A DNA stretch of 64,000 bases. Source: Mobula hypostoma. Its lineage: Eukaryota. This document shows positions 60,599 through 64,000 of the stretch, in pieces. How positions within the stretch are numbered: the stretch's first letter is position 1; the number at the start of each line of letters is the position of its first letter. Both the position numbers and the translations under genes were made by a program. The notes beneath the pieces were generated by a model. It searched no databases and had not been told where the DNA came from. It saw only the letters and a program-made list of their open reading frames with translations. The DNA lies in the NCBI RefSeq assembly GCF_963921235.1, contig NC_086097.1, positions 171,432,001 to 171,496,000 of the forward strand, read 5' to 3'.

Positions 60599-63360
60599 GA
60601 AGAATGAAAGATGGGGAAGGATTTGAAGAATGCTTGTAGCTTCAGTTGAAAGACCAGTAACTTGAAAGACAAAGGGATGGGGGAGGGGGAGCATTGACAT
60701 CATAGCCCTTGAAAACAATGGGCAGTTGAAGTCTTGAAAACAATGGGTAGTAGAAGGTTTAAATTGGCATTAAAAGTTTAAAATTTTAAATTGGCATTCA
60801 TGCTCAGTACAATCATTGTGGGCTGAAGGCTCTATTCCTGTGCTGTACTGCTGATGAGACCATGGTCTAACAAGATGAAAAAGTTGCTCCTTAGGTTCCT
60901 ATTAGATACCTCCCCTCTCAGTTTAGATTCATATTAAATATCTCCCCTCTAGTCTTGATTCCTCAATCCTGGGAAGAAGACTGGCCACATTCACCCTATC
61001 TATACCCCTTATAAGTTTGTACATTTCAGTGGATGTGGAATAATTCTTATTAAAGGCAGAGATTTGGTTTAAATCAGCTCCAGATGGTGTCAACTACCCA
61101 GTCTTAGAACTGCACCACTTGGATATGCATCAAAGCAACCACAGAGCCAGAATCTGTAATCCAATAATGACCTGAATTTGTGCCCCAAGGTTGAAGTGTG
61201 CCGAATACTAGACTTAAGGGTCCTGTCTTAAATGATGTATTGAAGCAAGAAGTGTGAGAGGCGATTTTATTAAAACATAAACTTTTGAGAAGGGTTGACA
61301 ATGAAGGACATTTTCCTTCAGTGTCAGATTCCATAATATGGGCCACTGTTTCAGAATTTAGGTGCTGATTTAAGCCAGGGATATGAATTTTTTGTTTCAT
61401 GCATTGGACTGTTATTCACTGAAACTCTCTACCTTAAAGAGCTGTGGAAGCTAGTCACCAAGTAAATTGAAGGTGAAGGTAGAGTTTTAGGTAATAGAGT
61501 TAATGTGGTCAGGGCATAAGATTAGAGTTGAGACCAGGAATCAGTCGCGCCTTGGTGACTTCTCAAGCGACTGGGTTCTTATGTTTTTCATCAGTCATAA
61601 TCCATCAGAATTTATTCCTCCTCATAGTTGCTTTCCAGTCCTGATGATCTACCTCCACCCCACCACTTATTCTTTCCTTTCTCAGCTTTGTATCCAGCAA
61701 AACATTACTGTTACGGCAATACAATTTTGCGGAGTATATATAGATTGGCGAATTTGCCCCCGAGTGATGCAAGATGATTTCAAATCCGATAAAGGCACAT
61801 TTTTTTTTCACAAATCCTTGGTCGTTGATTCCTTGCCTGATCTGTTACTGATCTTCTGATGATAGGTTTGTCTCTTATTCTTGTTGCCAAAGACATTTTC
61901 AGTTTATACATCCACCACCCTGACCTGCAGGAAAGAATTAAGGCTTTCTTTGGAAGGACTTGATGCAGAAAAATGAGAGTAATCTTTGATCCCATTTTTA
62001 TCTCCAGTGATGATTGGTTGCAATGTGTCTTCCATTTTAGACAAAGGTTTTATTGATTGTGAGGAAAAACAATCTGTTAAATGCCACAACAAGAGTTGGT
62101 GAGCAGCTAGGAGGCAGTGAGTATGGATAATGGGTACTGTATTAACTCAAACTGTCAGGATGAGACTTGTGTCCGCAAGGAGTCTGTGGGGTTTCTCACA
62201 ACATCTATCAGTGGCTTGACTAAAAGAATGGAGAACCTTATATCCAGATTTGTTGATGTAATCTAGTCAGCAGGAACAGTGCAGATAGTGGGGGGAAGCT
62301 TCCAAAGAGATGTTAAAAGAATAAATGAATGGGCAAGATTGTGGCAGATGAGGTTCAATGCGGAAAAGAAAGTCTTTGGCTCTAGGTCTAAAACAAAGAT
62401 AGATTTATGTGTTTTGTGAATAGGAAAGACCAAGGAACTGTGAAGAAGATTTGAGGGTCCTTGCACAGGGGTAATAAGTGGGACTCGATGGGCTGAATGG
62501 TCTAGTTCTGATCCTATGTCTTATGCTCTTATGAATCATTGAGAACTGATGGATTGGAGGCAATGTCATTTTAAAAAGGCCAGCTTTAGACCATTTTGGA
62601 TGATTGAATGAGGAGAAATTTCTTTACTCACTGAACCTTCTTGTATATTAGAGAAACCAAAGAATATAAGGATATTCCCTAAGTGGTGGTAAGTTGCGAG
62701 TTAAACCACGATCTTGATCAACAGTGGAACAGACTCAATGGGACAAAGAACCTACTTCTGTTTACCACAACCAAGACAAGCATTTTGTTATAAATTTCAC
62801 ATTTATTTATTTTGTTACGTGAATGCAAATTCCTCAGGAAACTTGGCAGGATTCAAACTTATACTTCTGGATCAAAGATGCAAGAATGTGCAGGAGAACT
62901 CACACATGGTGTACAGTTCTAGTTGCTATGCAGAACACAATAACACCAGGGACCTCACATGGTAATGCCGCAAGATGTGGCCAGGAGTCTTTCGGTTAAA
63001 GGAGGAGAATTGAGACAGTGGATCCATTTCCCTTGGAGCAGAGAAGGCTGAAGGAGGAGCTGAACAATATGTTAAAAGATATGGATTGGGGGTCTAGAGT
63101 AGATCAGGGTTCCACAACTGGGGTTCTACAGAACCCTAGGATTCCATGAGAGGCAACTAGGGGATCTATGAGAGATCATGATTTTAAAAAATCAATATCA
63201 CTTTCTGAACTTCTTGCAACATGCAATGCCAGCACTCGCAGTGATGGGCAGTGATCGAGCAGCCCCTTTAGTAATTTCGTTAGAGGTCCCTCAGCCCAGT
63301 ATGGACTGTGTTTATTTGCTTGAGTCCATTCTCAGCTTTTGATGGAAGATAGAGGAGGCC

Positions 63361-64000
63361 ATTGATAATTGATGAGCACTGTATTGCATGGAGGAGAGGA
63401 TGGTAGGCTGATAATTGGTGACCACTGTACTGCACAGAGGAGAAGACAGTAGGCTGATAATTGGTGAGCACTGTATTGCACGGAGGAGAGGACGGTAGGC
63501 TGATAATTGATGAGCACTGTATTGCATGGAGGAGAGGACGGTAGGCTGATAATTGGTGACCACTGTACTGCACAGAGGAGAAGACAGTAGGCTGATAATT
63601 GGTGAGCACTGTATTGCACAGAGGAGAGGACGGTAGGCTGATAATTGGTGAGCACTGTATTGCACAGAGGAGAGGACGGTAGGCTGATAATTGGTGAGCA
63701 CTGTATTGCACAGAGGAGAGGACGGTAGGCTGATAATTGGTGAGCACTGTACTGCATGGAGGAGAGGACAGTAGGCTGATAATTGGTGAGCATTTTACTG
63801 CACAGAGGAGAAGACAGTAAGCTGATAATTGGTGAGCACTGTATTGCACGGAGGAGAGGACGGTAGGCTGATAATTGGTGAGCACTGTATTGCATGGAGG
63901 AGAGGACGGTAGGCTGATAATTGGTGAGCACTGTATTGCACGGAGGAGAGGACGGTAGGCTGATAATTGGTGAGCACTGTACTGAACAGAGGAGAAGACA
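63361..64000. repeat. 46-bp minisatellite, at least 14 units, running off the window end
   Basis: Unit CTGATAATTGGTGAGCACTGTATTGCACAGAGGAGAGGACGGTAGG at 63408, 63454, 63500 ... 63960. Confidence 0.96.

Noticed and set aside
63361..64000. CRISPR-like array or repetitive protein gene (ORFs of 129-201 aa)
   Set aside because: Units are contiguous 46-bp copies with no unique spacers and no cas genes, in a vertebrate context. The ORFs are a by-product of a stop-free repeat.

Overview
Vertebrate genomic DNA, most likely a cartilaginous fish (ray/shark; inferred only from the repeat families present). The single host gene I can support is a type II classical cadherin, best matching CDH19, on the minus strand. 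Five consecutive coding exons are visible (41233-41418, 35860-36154, 34546-34665, 22159-22326, 14071-14258; 186/295/120/168/188 nt). All have GT donors, the four internal exons have AG acceptors, phases are compatible and there are no stops. They encode the signal peptide, a short prodomain, EC1, EC2 and part of EC3. The next exon was not found and probably lies left of the window. The rest is intronic/upstream DNA dense with decayed transposons: a near full-length sushi/Tf1-type Gypsy chromovirus with both LTRs (1-5104), a Tigger/pogo element, a hAT MITE, Tc1 and mariner elements, many CR1 and Rex1/Babar LINE fragments, a HERO-type RLE LINE, tRNA-derived SINEs, Penelope-like elements carrying minimal hammerhead-ribozyme motifs, and two tandem repeats. 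I see no convincing novel protein-coding system and no CRISPR. The most interesting signals are RNA-structural: hammerhead-bearing inverted Penelope mini-elements, a ~435-bp composite palindrome containing an inverted Tc1 transposase fragment, a self-priming PBS in the Gypsy element, and a near-identical inverted CR1 pair. Family names come from motif recognition and recall, not database searches. Boundaries of old fragments are approximate.
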